Shown piece after piece: positions 53,192 to 63,284 of a stretch of DNA of 64,000 nt. The DNA comes from Oscillospiraceae bacterium (GTDB lineage Bacteria > Bacillota > Clostridia > Oscillospirales > Ruminococcaceae). A program made the translations under genes and the position numbers. The notes beneath the pieces are model-generated. The model made no database searches. It worked only from the letters and a program-made list of their open reading frames with translations, and was not told the DNA's origin. How positions within the stretch are numbered: position 1 is the first letter of the stretch; each line of letters starts with the position of its first letter. The stretch covers positions 45,035-109,034 of the forward strand of contig JAFXGY010000005.1 of NCBI GenBank assembly GCA_017536625.1, read 5' to 3'.

Positions 53192-53869
53192 ATGGCAACA
53201 ATGCCGAGCTTGGGCAATAAAGAGGAAGAGAAAAAGTTTACTACCGCAGTTCCGGCGGAAGATGGCTATTCTTACAGTTATGCGCCTGTTCCGAATAAAG
53301 TCGGCGCAAATGCTGCAGCAAACGCAGTAAACAATAATCCACCCGCAGGAGGAAACACCGGAGGCAAAAAAGACACGGACGTAATTCTTGTAGGCGGAAG
53401 CGGTTCTCAGAACTGGAGCAGTCCGACAGGAAGCTCTGCGGCGAGCGGGGCAAACCCTGTTCAGACGGCGGAGCAGAAAGCGGAAACAAGTCTTTCTGAC
53501 CTTATGAACCGATATTCCGCGGAACTTCGTGAGGACTATAACTATTCCGCAAACAAAATGAAAGAGGAGCGGGATGCTGCTCTTCGTGAAAACTATATCC
53601 TTCAGCAGCAGGCAAAGGCGGCTTTGCCGGAGCAGATGGCTGCTGCGGGAATTAACGGCGGAGCAAGAGAAACGAGCCTTGCCGACCTTATAGCACGTTA
53701 CCAGGGTAACCGTAATGATATTCAGAAAGAATATATGAGCAGTCTTGGCGACCTTGCGCAGGAACATCAGAACAAGCAGACAGAAAATGCAAAGAGCTAT
53801 AACGAAAAATGGCTTGAATATCTTCTTTCGCTTGCTGAGATGGAAAACCAGAAAAAATACGGCAGATAA
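53192..53869 (+). CDS. hypothetical virion protein
   Basis: Position in the structural module; low-complexity N-terminus and helical C-terminus. Confidence 0.45.
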   Translation: MATMPSLGNKEEEKKFTTAVPAEDGYSYSYAPVPNKVGANAAANAVNNNPPAGGNTGGKKDTDVILVGGSGSQNWSSPTGSSAASGANPVQTAEQKAETSLSDLMNRYSAELREDYNYSANKMKEERDAALRENYILQQQAKAALPEQMAAAGINGGARETSLADLIARYQGNRNDIQKEYMSSLGDLAQEHQNKQTENAKSYNEKWLEYLLSLAEMENQKKYGR

Positions 53870-53895
53870 AGCCGGAATCATAGGAGCTGATTATT

Positions 53896-55926
53896 ATGCC
53901 AAAAGCTTTGGACTTTGGGGGAGCTTCTTCCCCGGCCAAGAAGGTTTTTGAAATAACTTCATTTGCGGGAATAGATCTTTCTTCTGCGCCGGCTGATATC
54001 GATAAAAGAAGAAGCCCGGACGCTCCGAACATGATGCCGGATGCACTTGGAAACCCGGTCAAAAGACCGGGTTTTGAAATAACCGGAAGTTTTGAGAAAA
54101 GAATAAACGGATGCTTCTTTTTAGGTGAGCACAGAGTTATTCACGCAGGAGAAAGTCTTTTTCTTGATGGAAACGAAATCTGGGAAGGAATGAACGACGA
54201 AATCTCTTCCGCCCAGGTTATAGGGAACAAACTATTTATTTTTGACGGATTTGAAGCCCTTGTTTTTGACGGAAACGATGCGCACCCCCTTGCGGAGGAT
54301 GCGTATATTCCCACGGTGCTCATTTCTAAAAACGCGGACGAAGCGGAAAGAATTACGGTGCTCAAAGGTGACGGAGTGAGCACGGAATTTATTCTTGAGC
54401 ACGAACCGAAAACGGTTGAATCCGTTACTTTGAACGGAGAAAACGTTACACCGACTTTTGAAGGGCACAGAGTTAAATTTGCTGTTGCTCCGGAAAAAGA
54501 TGCGGAAATAAAAATAAGCGCGGTTTTCAGCCAGGAACCGGGCGGAAGCCTCCTCGAAGATTTTAACCTTCTTTCTCGCAAATGGAAAGAAAGCTTTCTT
54601 TGCGACACGGGAACGGAGCAGGATTTTACTCTTTCAAAACAGAATCTTTCATATACTGCGGTGAGAGCCTGGATCATGGACGATAACGGCGAAATGCAGG
54701 AAAAGAAAGAGGAGGAAGATTTTACCGTTGACAGAGATGCGGGGAAAATCCATTTTATAAATCCGATTCCGAAAACGCCGGTTACCGGACAGGATAACCT
54801 TATTATCGAGGCAGAAAAATATTTTGAAGGCTATGAAAACAAAATAAATTACTGCAGAAAGAGCATTTCTTTTGATACGGGCGGAGCAACAACAAGAATT
54901 TTTGTTTGCGGAAACCCGGAAACACCGGAACAGGACTTTTGGTGCGCGGCAAATGATCCTACATATTGGCCGGACACTTTTTATTCCAACCTTTCCGGAG
55001 AGATTGCAGGATATTCCATTATCGGGGACAGACTTGCAACATATATTGCAGACCCGAAGGACGGAAGAAGCATTGCAATAAGAAAAGCTTATCTGGATGA
55101 ATCTGGAAACACTTCTTTCCCCATTGAAAAATACATCCAGGGAGAAAAGGCAGTTCCGGCAAACGGATTTGTTTTTATGGATGCAGAGCAGCTTTTCCTT
55201 ACGGAGCGCGGAGTTTATGCGCTTACGACTGAGGACATCAGCGGAGAGAAATATACTCAGAACAGGAGTTTTTATATAAACAAAGTTTTTTGCGAAGAGG
55301 AGCTTTTAAAAGCTTTTTGCGCAAAATGGAAACAGTTTTATGTTATTGCGGTGGGCGGAAAGCTTTATCTTCTGGATTCTTCGCAGAAGAGTTACCAGAG
55401 GGGAGAGCCGCTTTCGAGCTTCCAGTATGAATGTTACCTTTGGACGGGAATTGACGCAAGGATCCTTTGGGAAGAAGACGGAGAGCTTTTCTTCGGTGAC
55501 AGCGAAGGAAATATCTGCAGATTTACCGAGGGAAGATATTCCGACAACGGAAAAGCGATCAATGCTTACTGGACTGTTCCGGATTTTTCCGGCGGAAGTT
55601 TTTGGAAAAACAAGACGGTTCGCATGGTGGCCATTGAAGCTGCGGCATTCCCGCAGAATGAAATCCGCCTTGAGAGCACGAAGAACGGATTTTGGGAAGT
55701 GCTCAGAGAATGGAAAGGAAAAATTTCTTTCTTTTCTTGGGAATCTCTTAACTGGGCGAATTTTACATGGAGCGGAAACACAAAACCCCGCACACTTACC
55801 CTTAAAACGAAAATAAAGAAATTTGACAAAACGAGCTTTCGCATAGTTTGCGACAAAGAAAACATGGCGTTTGGCCTTTATGGCTTTGCACTTGAATACA
55901 CCGAAAACGGCAGATATAAAAAGTGA
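53896..55926 (+). CDS. large structural protein (tail/tail-knob candidate)
   Basis: 676 aa; position in the structural module. No family was recognised. Confidence 0.45.
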   Translation: MPKALDFGGASSPAKKVFEITSFAGIDLSSAPADIDKRRSPDAPNMMPDALGNPVKRPGFEITGSFEKRINGCFFLGEHRVIHAGESLFLDGNEIWEGMNDEISSAQVIGNKLFIFDGFEALVFDGNDAHPLAEDAYIPTVLISKNADEAERITVLKGDGVSTEFILEHEPKTVESVTLNGENVTPTFEGHRVKFAVAPEKDAEIKISAVFSQEPGGSLLEDFNLLSRKWKESFLCDTGTEQDFTLSKQNLSYTAVRAWIMDDNGEMQEKKEEEDFTVDRDAGKIHFINPIPKTPVTGQDNLIIEAEKYFEGYENKINYCRKSISFDTGGATTRIFVCGNPETPEQDFWCAANDPTYWPDTFYSNLSGEIAGYSIIGDRLATYIADPKDGRSIAIRKAYLDESGNTSFPIEKYIQGEKAVPANGFVFMDAEQLFLTERGVYALTTEDISGEKYTQNRSFYINKVFCEEELLKAFCAKWKQFYVIAVGGKLYLLDSSQKSYQRGEPLSSFQYECYLWTGIDARILWEEDGELFFGDSEGNICRFTEGRYSDNGKAINAYWTVPDFSGGSFWKNKTVRMVAIEAAAFPQNEIRLESTKNGFWEVLREWKGKISFFSWESLNWANFTWSGNTKPRTLTLKTKIKKFDKTSFRIVCDKENMAFGLYGFALEYTENGRYKK

Positions 55927-55935
55927 GGTGGAAAA

Positions 55936-56703
55936 ATGGAACTTAAGAAAATCGAAGACGCTGACCTTGTTGGAAAAGGCGTTATCGGCCAGGAAGACGT
56001 GCCGGGACTTCCGAAAGAGGAGATGCAGGCAAAGCTTGAAGAAATTGCAAGATTTGCCATTGAGAAAATAAACGAAGTTATCGAATACCTTGAGCAGAAC
56101 GGCGCAACGCAGGAAGATATCAAGAATCTTGTGCTCAATGCGGGAGCTGTTACCAGAGTATTTGGCAGAGCAGGCAATGTTGTTGCACAAGAAGGCGATT
56201 ATAAGCATTGGCAGGTTGGAGCTGCTGCGGAAAAACACGCGGCGCAGCATAAGTTTGGCGGTGTGGATGAGATTCTTCCGGAAGAAATCGGAGCTGCTGA
56301 AAAAGAGCACGTTCACGGAAACCTTACTTCTGACGGAAAAATCGGAAACACCAACGGAAAAATCATAATGACCGGCTTAAACGGAACTCTTGAAGCGATA
56401 GACAGAAGCAAAAGCGGTTTTTCCCTTAAACCGGAAAGAAAAGATGCTTCCGGAGAAGTTACCGCAGAAGATGGAATCCTTTATACCGGATATGGAATCA
56501 GTAACTTCATATTCAGCTGTGACGCAAACAAAACGGCAATCTGCCACGGGTTCCTCACCATCGGAACACCGCAGAACATCGGAATCAACAAAGAAAGCTT
56601 TGATTTTGTGGAAGATCCGGACGAATTTACCAACGCGAAAGCGGGAAGCAGATGGGAATTTGACCTTCTGTGCGGCGATCTTATTATCCGTGAAAGGAGC
56701 TGA
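55936..56703 (+). CDS. tail fibre/receptor-binding-associated protein (weak call)
   Basis: It lies directly upstream of the collagen-like fibre. Confidence 0.4.
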   Translation: MELKKIEDADLVGKGVIGQEDVPGLPKEEMQAKLEEIARFAIEKINEVIEYLEQNGATQEDIKNLVLNAGAVTRVFGRAGNVVAQEGDYKHWQVGAAAEKHAAQHKFGGVDEILPEEIGAAEKEHVHGNLTSDGKIGNTNGKIIMTGLNGTLEAIDRSKSGFSLKPERKDASGEVTAEDGILYTGYGISNFIFSCDANKTAICHGFLTIGTPQNIGINKESFDFVEDPDEFTNAKAGSRWEFDLLCGDLIIRERS

Positions 56704-56708
56704 CAGAG

Positions 56709-59063
56709 ATGGCGCTTATTGATTTTTATATAAGAAATCAGAAGCTTTCCAAAAACGGACCGGCGGTTGTTGCGGACACCATAAATTATGTGGACTGTTC
56801 CTTTACCTTTAAAACGAGAGATTGGGACGGTCTTGATAAATGGCTTTTGCTCGAAAAAGACGAAACATATTATGAGGTGAACCTCATTAACGACGCAATC
56901 CCGAAAGAACCGGGGCTTACCATTGGAGCGGGAATCTGGCACGTCAGCCTTTTTGGAATAAGAGCGGACGGAACAAGGATCACAACGGATTCCGTAACGC
57001 TTGAAGTTAAAGAAAGCGCAATCCCGGAGGGCGGACCACTTCCGGTTATCAGCCAGACCGCAGCAGAACAGATTGCCGCAAAGGCAGAAGAAGCTTTTGC
57101 AATGGCAAGCGCAGTTAAAGCAGCAGCGGATTCCGGAGAATTTAACGGAAAAGACGGAGCACCGGGAACTCCGGGTGAACAGGGTATTCCGGGAACTCCG
57201 GGTGAACGCGGCGAACGCGGACTTCAGGGCATTCCGGGGGAAGACGGATATTCACCGCAAATTGAACTTTCGCAGTTTGTGGATAATATGCAGAAAGTTT
57301 CCGGTGTTGAAATAAGAGTTATAAACAAAGACGGCAGCTTTTCTTACGCAGCTGTTCACGATGGAAAAAACGGTGAGCCGGGCGAGCGCGGTGAACAGGG
57401 TATTCCGGGCGAAAGAGGACTTCCGGGCGAACAGGGTATTCCGGGTGAACAGGGCCCTGCAGGCGCCGACGGTTTTTCTCCGACTGTTCAAGTCGAAGTA
57501 ATATGGGGAACTGACGGAAGCCCCAGAGGAAGAATAATAGGAATTACCGATGTAAACGGAACAAAAAGTTTCAGTATTCTTAACGGTGACGATGGCAAAG
57601 ACGCAACACCGGAGCAGATTGAGGAAGCTTTGGAAGAATATTTCGAGGAAAATCCCATTGAAGGTGGAAGCGGTAAAGAAGGAGCAGATGGCTTTGGCGT
57701 ATATTACACAACCACAGCATCGGATTCGCCGCCTTTAGACGAGGGTGCGAATTATACTTTATTCTTCGAGCTGGACAAAATTAATATTTTGGATGGCCGA
57801 ACCTTGCAACCGGGCGACTTTATTATTAGCACGCAAGAACACAAAATGTATGTTGTCGGGGAAATAATTGGAAACGAAGTTTGGTGCAAATATTTGTTTG
57901 ATATGCAAGGCCCGCAAGGCCGACAAGGCCCGCAAGGCCCGCAAGGCCAACAAGGCGATATTGGGCCTGCGGGGGCAGACGGAAAAAGAGGAACTCAAAT
58001 ATGTTTGGCATGGGTTTCTCCTACGCAATTTGTGGACGAAACTTTTGGGGAACGCTATCGTTTCGATGTTATTCTTGTAAGCGGGTTTCCCGCCATTAAC
58101 GATTTCATTATTTGCCAACCTGATGGGAAGTTATACAAAGTATATGAAATCGACGAAAAATACATTTGGACGATGCTTCAAGCAGATATGAGAGGACCAC
58201 AAGGAGAGCAGGGAATCCAAGGCGAGCAGGGAGAAAAAGGAGAACGTGGAGAAAAAGGTCTTCCCGGAAATGATGGCGAATCCATAACTGTGCTGAACGT
58301 CACCCACAACAGTCTTGACGGCGGAATCAATACCGTTCAGTTTTCTGACGGAACCAGCCTTCAGGTAAGGAACGGACAGAAAGGTTCCAAAGGCGATAAG
58401 GGAGATTCCGGTGAAAAAGGCGAACAGGGCGAGAAAGGTGATAAGGGCGATTCTGGCGAAAAAGGTGAAAAGGGAGATTCCGGCGGATTTTATGTTCCGG
58501 TAGTAATAAACGGAATACTTTCCTGGGATGCTTCGGAAGATGATATGCCTGACGCAAATTCCGCGGATATCAGAGGTCCAAAAGGTGAACCCGGCGAAAA
58601 AGGGGAACAAGGTACGCAGGGCGTTCAAGGCGAGCAGGGTGAAAAGGGAGAACCGGGCGAAGATGGTGCTCCCGGTGCAAACGGTGAACGCGGGACTGGA
58701 ATTTTAAAAATTACAACAGCACCTTCCTCTTATACCACAGCAACAGGCGGTTTTACACCGACGTATCGAATAGCGTTGAGCACCGTTCTTACACAGGCGA
58801 AAGCGGAAAAGGTTCTTGCGGGTGATACGATTGCTTATTCTTATTATCAATACCCGGTGGGCTACGTTGACAGTTCTTATGTATATCTCGGAGCGAGAAA
58901 CAGTATAAGAGGTGCAACCGGAGCAACCGGTCCCGCATACACTCTTACTGCGGAGGATAAAAGTTCCATTGCGGCGGCGGTGAAATCTTCACTTGAACAG
59001 CTTACGCTTGTTGGAACAGATGAAAACGATGTTGAACACACTTGGACCATTTACGGAAGTTAG
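56709..59063 (+). CDS. collagen-like repeat tail fibre protein
   Basis: Six blocks of Gly-X-Y repeats (for example GAPGTPGEQGIPGTPGERGERGLQGIPGEDG) separated by globular segments. Confidence 0.8.
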   Translation: MALIDFYIRNQKLSKNGPAVVADTINYVDCSFTFKTRDWDGLDKWLLLEKDETYYEVNLINDAIPKEPGLTIGAGIWHVSLFGIRADGTRITTDSVTLEVKESAIPEGGPLPVISQTAAEQIAAKAEEAFAMASAVKAAADSGEFNGKDGAPGTPGEQGIPGTPGERGERGLQGIPGEDGYSPQIELSQFVDNMQKVSGVEIRVINKDGSFSYAAVHDGKNGEPGERGEQGIPGERGLPGEQGIPGEQGPAGADGFSPTVQVEVIWGTDGSPRGRIIGITDVNGTKSFSILNGDDGKDATPEQIEEALEEYFEENPIEGGSGKEGADGFGVYYTTTASDSPPLDEGANYTLFFELDKINILDGRTLQPGDFIISTQEHKMYVVGEIIGNEVWCKYLFDMQGPQGRQGPQGPQGQQGDIGPAGADGKRGTQICLAWVSPTQFVDETFGERYRFDVILVSGFPAINDFIICQPDGKLYKVYEIDEKYIWTMLQADMRGPQGEQGIQGEQGEKGERGEKGLPGNDGESITVLNVTHNSLDGGINTVQFSDGTSLQVRNGQKGSKGDKGDSGEKGEQGEKGDKGDSGEKGEKGDSGGFYVPVVINGILSWDASEDDMPDANSADIRGPKGEPGEKGEQGTQGVQGEQGEKGEPGEDGAPGANGERGTGILKITTAPSSYTTATGGFTPTYRIALSTVLTQAKAEKVLAGDTIAYSYYQYPVGYVDSSYVYLGARNSIRGATGATGPAYTLTAEDKSSIAAAVKSSLEQLTLVGTDENDVEHTWTIYGS

Positions 59064-59074
59064 GAGGTATTTTT

Positions 59075-59839
59075 ATGACATACATAAAAATTGGTGAAAG
59101 AAAAATTCCTGCGGAAATTGAAATCCGCAGGGAAGATGCTTTCATGGATAAAAGGGAAACCCGCACAATCAAAATTGCGGATATGCCTTTTGACGAAGCA
59201 AAAGAGCTTTTTATAAACGGACTTGAATGGTCGGTTATTAATGAACACACAGATGAAGAAGGAAACCTTCATTCCGAAGAAACCGTTATGGCTGACTTTA
59301 TTATCGCGGGACCGCTTACCGATAACAGAGATGGAAGCATCACAGCAAAGATGGGGAAATTCAAAACCGAGGAACTGCAGGAAATTGCCGTTGCAACGGA
59401 AGTGAAAAGCTATTCCGAAGCTGTTGCAATGCGGGAGATTTTCAGAAAAACAGCACAGTTTGTTGAAGATGATTCCGAAGCTCTTGTTATCAAGAATCTT
59501 TATCCCGGATGGGCAACACTTGTTATTGAAGGCAAGACCGCAGAAAAAGCCGGATTCAAATTCCGTTATGACGATGTTCTTTATAAAACCTTGCAGAACA
59601 ATTATCGCTTTGCGCAGGAATATGTTCCCGGAGAAGGAACCGAAAGCCTTTTTGCAAGAATTGACGAAACCCATGCGGGAACAATCGAAGACCCTATTCC
59701 TTACTATGGCAACATGGCTCTTGAAAACGGAAAGTATTATTCCGAGGACGGAATTATTTACCTTTGCGCCAGAGATACCGTGAACCCGGTTTATAACAGC
59801 CTTGCAGACCTTATCGGAAATTATGTTGAGGTGGTTTAA
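59075..59839 (+). CDS. hypothetical tail-associated protein
   Basis: TAGGAGG lies upstream of ATG 59075. Confidence 0.5.
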   Translation: MTYIKIGERKIPAEIEIRREDAFMDKRETRTIKIADMPFDEAKELFINGLEWSVINEHTDEEGNLHSEETVMADFIIAGPLTDNRDGSITAKMGKFKTEELQEIAVATEVKSYSEAVAMREIFRKTAQFVEDDSEALVIKNLYPGWATLVIEGKTAEKAGFKFRYDDVLYKTLQNNYRFAQEYVPGEGTESLFARIDETHAGTIEDPIPYYGNMALENGKYYSEDGIIYLCARDTVNPVYNSLADLIGNYVEVV

Positions 59840-60417
59840 TGCTTGATTTAACAGGGCTTAAAACCCTTTCAATACAAGGAATCAACCTTGTTAAACTTAC
59901 CCTTAACGGAACGCAGATTTGGAAAAAGCCGCCTTCTTTTGTAAACCAAGTTCCTATTTCCATTGACACAGACGGAAGCATTTTCAATGGCGTCGGATAT
60001 AAAGAAAACGTCCGTCTTTCCTCTTCGGGCGGTATCAGCGGTTCTGCACAGAACGGCTCCGTTACCACCGGATTTATTCCATTTCCGGATGGTGATAAGA
60101 CTATCATTCGTATGAAAGGTGTCGAGTGGATAAATGCGCAACCGACTTATGGCGGTCACTTTTATATTGTATTTTATGATGCAAACAAAACAAGCAATGG
60201 ATATACCAGCCTTATTGAATCTCCGGCAACTGGGTTTAGCCACATTATAACAATCACAAGGGATTCGAATGGCGTAGAAACATTTGATCTTAATGAATCT
60301 TATGGTACGACCAACGCTATACTCCAATGGATTAGAAATAACGCAAAATTTTTCCGTGTTACTGCATACGGCAAAGGCGCGGATATGATAGTAACGGTCA
60401 ACGAGGAGATAGTATGA
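59839..60417 (+). CDS. hypothetical tail-associated protein
   Basis: TAATG overlap with the upstream gene. Confidence 0.5.
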   Translation: MLDLTGLKTLSIQGINLVKLTLNGTQIWKKPPSFVNQVPISIDTDGSIFNGVGYKENVRLSSSGGISGSAQNGSVTTGFIPFPDGDKTIIRMKGVEWINAQPTYGGHFYIVFYDANKTSNGYTSLIESPATGFSHIITITRDSNGVETFDLNESYGTTNAILQWIRNNAKFFRVTAYGKGADMIVTVNEEIV

Positions 60418-60519
60418 TAAACGCATTACATCTTTTATGGATAATTCCGCTTGCGGGTGCTGTCGGATTTTTTGCGGCGGCGCTGTGTGCTATGAGCGGA
60501 GAAGAAGGGAGCTTTGAAA

Positions 60520-60990
60520 ATGAACAGACGAAGAATGATGATGGAAAATAAAAAGCCTGTTTATATTTTCAGAGAAGGTTCTTCAACTTTTGAAAATACG
60601 GCAGGAGCGGCAGATTCGACCAACGCAGGCTTTCAGGATGGATACATCTATCTTAATGGAAGAATCGTAAATTATACCGGAAGCGAAGACCAATTTATAA
60701 TTTACGGCAAAATTAAAATTCCCGCAGATTTCTTAAAACACAGAAAGCTTTGCATCGAAGCAAGCGGTAGCGGAAATGTTTCTTCCGCTGTGGGCTACGG
60801 AAAAGAATTTGATGTGCTCTGGGACAGGCCGGTTTTTCCGGAAGTTTATTCTGTGGTATCGACAGGCAGAACGGTTTATAAATTCGATATTTCAAAAATC
60901 GAAGATATCCGTTATATCTGCGCGGGAATTACTGCCGTGAACAGAGATACGATGGAAGCTCTTAAAATCTATAACATCTGGCTGGAATGA
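60520..60990 (+). CDS. hypothetical phage protein
   Basis: GAAGGGAG lies 9 nt upstream of ATG 60520. Confidence 0.5.
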   Translation: MNRRRMMMENKKPVYIFREGSSTFENTAGAADSTNAGFQDGYIYLNGRIVNYTGSEDQFIIYGKIKIPADFLKHRKLCIEASGSGNVSSAVGYGKEFDVLWDRPVFPEVYSVVSTGRTVYKFDISKIEDIRYICAGITAVNRDTMEALKIYNIWLE

Positions 60991-60999
60991 GGTGGAAAA

Positions 61000-61278
61000 A
61001 TGGAAGCATTAATTATAGGCCTTATTCTTTCGGAGATCGTCTGCTTTTTGCTGGGGCTTGCGGCAGGAGCGGCGCTTCCGAAAAAGAAAAAGACAGAATA
61101 TGAAGGGCCACAGGACAGCGAAGAAGAGGAGAGAGAAAAACTCTCTCCTTATACTCTTCGCAACGGGAGCGGCGTTACAAAGAACGCGGACGCAACCTTT
61201 GCGGAGCAGATTATGAACATAATGAACTATAACGGAAAAAACCAGAAGGAGGAGGCTTTTGATGAAAAAGAAAATTGA
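61000..61278 (+). CDS. small single-TM protein with an acidic tail
   Basis: N-terminal TM helix followed by KKKK. Confidence 0.45.
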   Translation: MEALIIGLILSEIVCFLLGLAAGAALPKKKKTEYEGPQDSEEEEREKLSPYTLRNGSGVTKNADATFAEQIMNIMNYNGKNQKEEAFDEKEN

Positions 61279-62884
61279 TCCGCAAAGCATCTGGAACGAA
61301 TACCAGGCAGGAGAAAATTATCATCAGCAGATTAACCTTCATGAAACGGTTAAGAAAAACGAAGCTTTCTATAACGGCGATCAATGGGAAGGGGTAAATG
61401 CTCCGGACCTTGAAAAGCCGGTAATCAATATTTTCAAACGTGCAGTAACTTACATGGGTTCACAGATTATCAGTGATGATATCGGAATCAATCTTGAGCC
61501 GTTTGCGGAAAGCGAAGAAGAAAGCGCAATTTGCAAAATTCTTACGGAGCAGATTGACAGGGTAATTGAAATTACCAAAGCAAAGAGCAAAAACCGCGAG
61601 CTTATAAGAGATGCGGCGGTTGCCGGGGACGGCGCTTTTTATGCCTGGTTTGACCCGGACAAAGGAAGAGCGGGCGAAATTGAACTTGAGCTTTTGGATA
61701 ATGAAAAAGTTATCTTTGCGAATCCTTTTGAAAAGGATATCCAAAAACAGAGATACGTCATTATCGTAAAAAGAATGATGCTTGAGGACGTTAAGGAACT
61801 TGCGGAAGGCTTTGGCCTTGATGAAATGGAAATTGCGCAGATTCAGCCGGATGATCCGGCGGACTATTCTTCTGAAAAGAAAGACGCAGGAAAGAGCCTT
61901 GTTACGGTTCTGCTTCGCTTTTGGAAAGAAGACGGGGCTGTTTGGTTTTCGCAGAGCTGTGAAAACGTATTTATCAAGAAGCCCACAAAGACCAAAGCAA
62001 AGATATACCACGTTGTATGGATGCCCTGGGACAAGCGCAAAGACAGTTACCACGGCAACGCGGTTATGACACCTTACATCCCCAACCAGATATACGTTAA
62101 TAAAATGTGGGCGCTTGCAATGGTTTTCAGCAGCAAGATGGCATGGCCGCAAAGATTTTATGACGCAACAAAGATCCGCGGAAATCTTTCCAACAAAGTG
62201 GGACAGGCTATCGGCGTTGCAGGCGATCCGAAAGCGGCAATATGGTTTGATTCCCCGGCAGGAGATATGAGCCAGCAAGTTCTTCAGCTGGTTGATAAAA
62301 CGATTCAGTACACCAGAGAAAGCCTTGGTGTAACGGATGCTGCACTGGGCGATATCAAGCCGGAAAACACTTCGGCAATTATTGCGGCGGCAGAACAGAC
62401 GGCCGCTCCCCTTAGTTTTCAGCGCCTTGCGAACCACCAGATGTGGGAAGATCTTATCAACGTATTCATCGACCTTATGGCTGAATTTTACGGAGTTCGC
62501 AAAATTTATACCGAAATCGATGCCGGCGACGGTACCATGAAAAAAGAAGGCGTTGAATATGATTTTTCTAAAATCGATTATGACGTGTTCAATATTAAAA
62601 TCGACATCGGTTCCGCGGCCTATTGGAACCAGCTGATGCAGGTTCAGACCCTTGACGCTTTCTTTAAAAACGGAATCATCGATGATGCTCTTCTTTATCT
62701 TGAGCACGTTCCGGACGGCTATATTTCCGGCAAGGAAGAACTTATCCGCGAGCTGAAAGAAAAGAGAGAAGCAGAAGCGGCGATGGCACAGCAGATGCCA
62801 CCCAAAGCCGCCGGCGGAATGACAGCACCGGCAGGAAATCCGGAGGCTATGGGACAGCTGCAGAGCAAGCTGATGAATATTTGA
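61262..62884 (+). CDS. portal protein
   Basis: NEAFYNGDQW motif near the N-terminus; about 540 aa. AAGGAGGAGG lies upstream of ATG 61262. Confidence 0.7.
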   Translation: MKKKIDPQSIWNEYQAGENYHQQINLHETVKKNEAFYNGDQWEGVNAPDLEKPVINIFKRAVTYMGSQIISDDIGINLEPFAESEEESAICKILTEQIDRVIEITKAKSKNRELIRDAAVAGDGAFYAWFDPDKGRAGEIELELLDNEKVIFANPFEKDIQKQRYVIIVKRMMLEDVKELAEGFGLDEMEIAQIQPDDPADYSSEKKDAGKSLVTVLLRFWKEDGAVWFSQSCENVFIKKPTKTKAKIYHVVWMPWDKRKDSYHGNAVMTPYIPNQIYVNKMWALAMVFSSKMAWPQRFYDATKIRGNLSNKVGQAIGVAGDPKAAIWFDSPAGDMSQQVLQLVDKTIQYTRESLGVTDAALGDIKPENTSAIIAAAEQTAAPLSFQRLANHQMWEDLINVFIDLMAEFYGVRKIYTEIDAGDGTMKKEGVEYDFSKIDYDVFNIKIDIGSAAYWNQLMQVQTLDAFFKNGIIDDALLYLEHVPDGYISGKEELIRELKEKREAEAAMAQQMPPKAAGGMTAPAGNPEAMGQLQSKLMNI

Positions 62885-62896
62885 GGAGGGGAGAAA

Positions 62897-63271
62897 ATGA
62901 CAGTTAAAGAATGCTATGAAAGAGCGGTTTCCTTCCTTCCGGAAGTTCCGGAAGATAACACCGATATGCAGAAACACATGATTGCATGGTGCAACGCGCT
63001 TCTTGGTGACACGATCAATTATGAAAACATCTGGCGCAGAGTTAATAAGCTTCCGGAGCTTGACACACCGCCGAAAGTTAAAACGCAGACGGATGAAATC
63101 CCTTACAATGAAAAAATGGTTGCGGGAGCTTTTCCTTACGGAATGGCACAGTTTGTTTTCCGCGAGAACGACGATATTTCTTCCAGCAGAGAGTTTTATA
63201 ACAGATATGTTACCGCGCTTACGGAAATGATCCCCCTTGAATACACCGAAATCACGGATTTTTACAGATAA
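62897..63271 (+). CDS. hypothetical head-tail connector-region protein
   Basis: It follows the portal gene; GAGGAGGGGAG lies upstream. Confidence 0.45.
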   Translation: MTVKECYERAVSFLPEVPEDNTDMQKHMIAWCNALLGDTINYENIWRRVNKLPELDTPPKVKTQTDEIPYNEKMVAGAFPYGMAQFVFRENDDISSSREFYNRYVTALTEMIPLEYTEITDFYR

Positions 63272-63284
63272 GAGGTGATTTGAT

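Noticed and set aside
56709-59839. A diversity-generating retroelement acting on the tail fibre.
   Set aside because: No reverse transcriptase and no template/variable repeat pair with adenine-specific mismatches is visible in the window. The internal repeats are collagen-type coding repeats.
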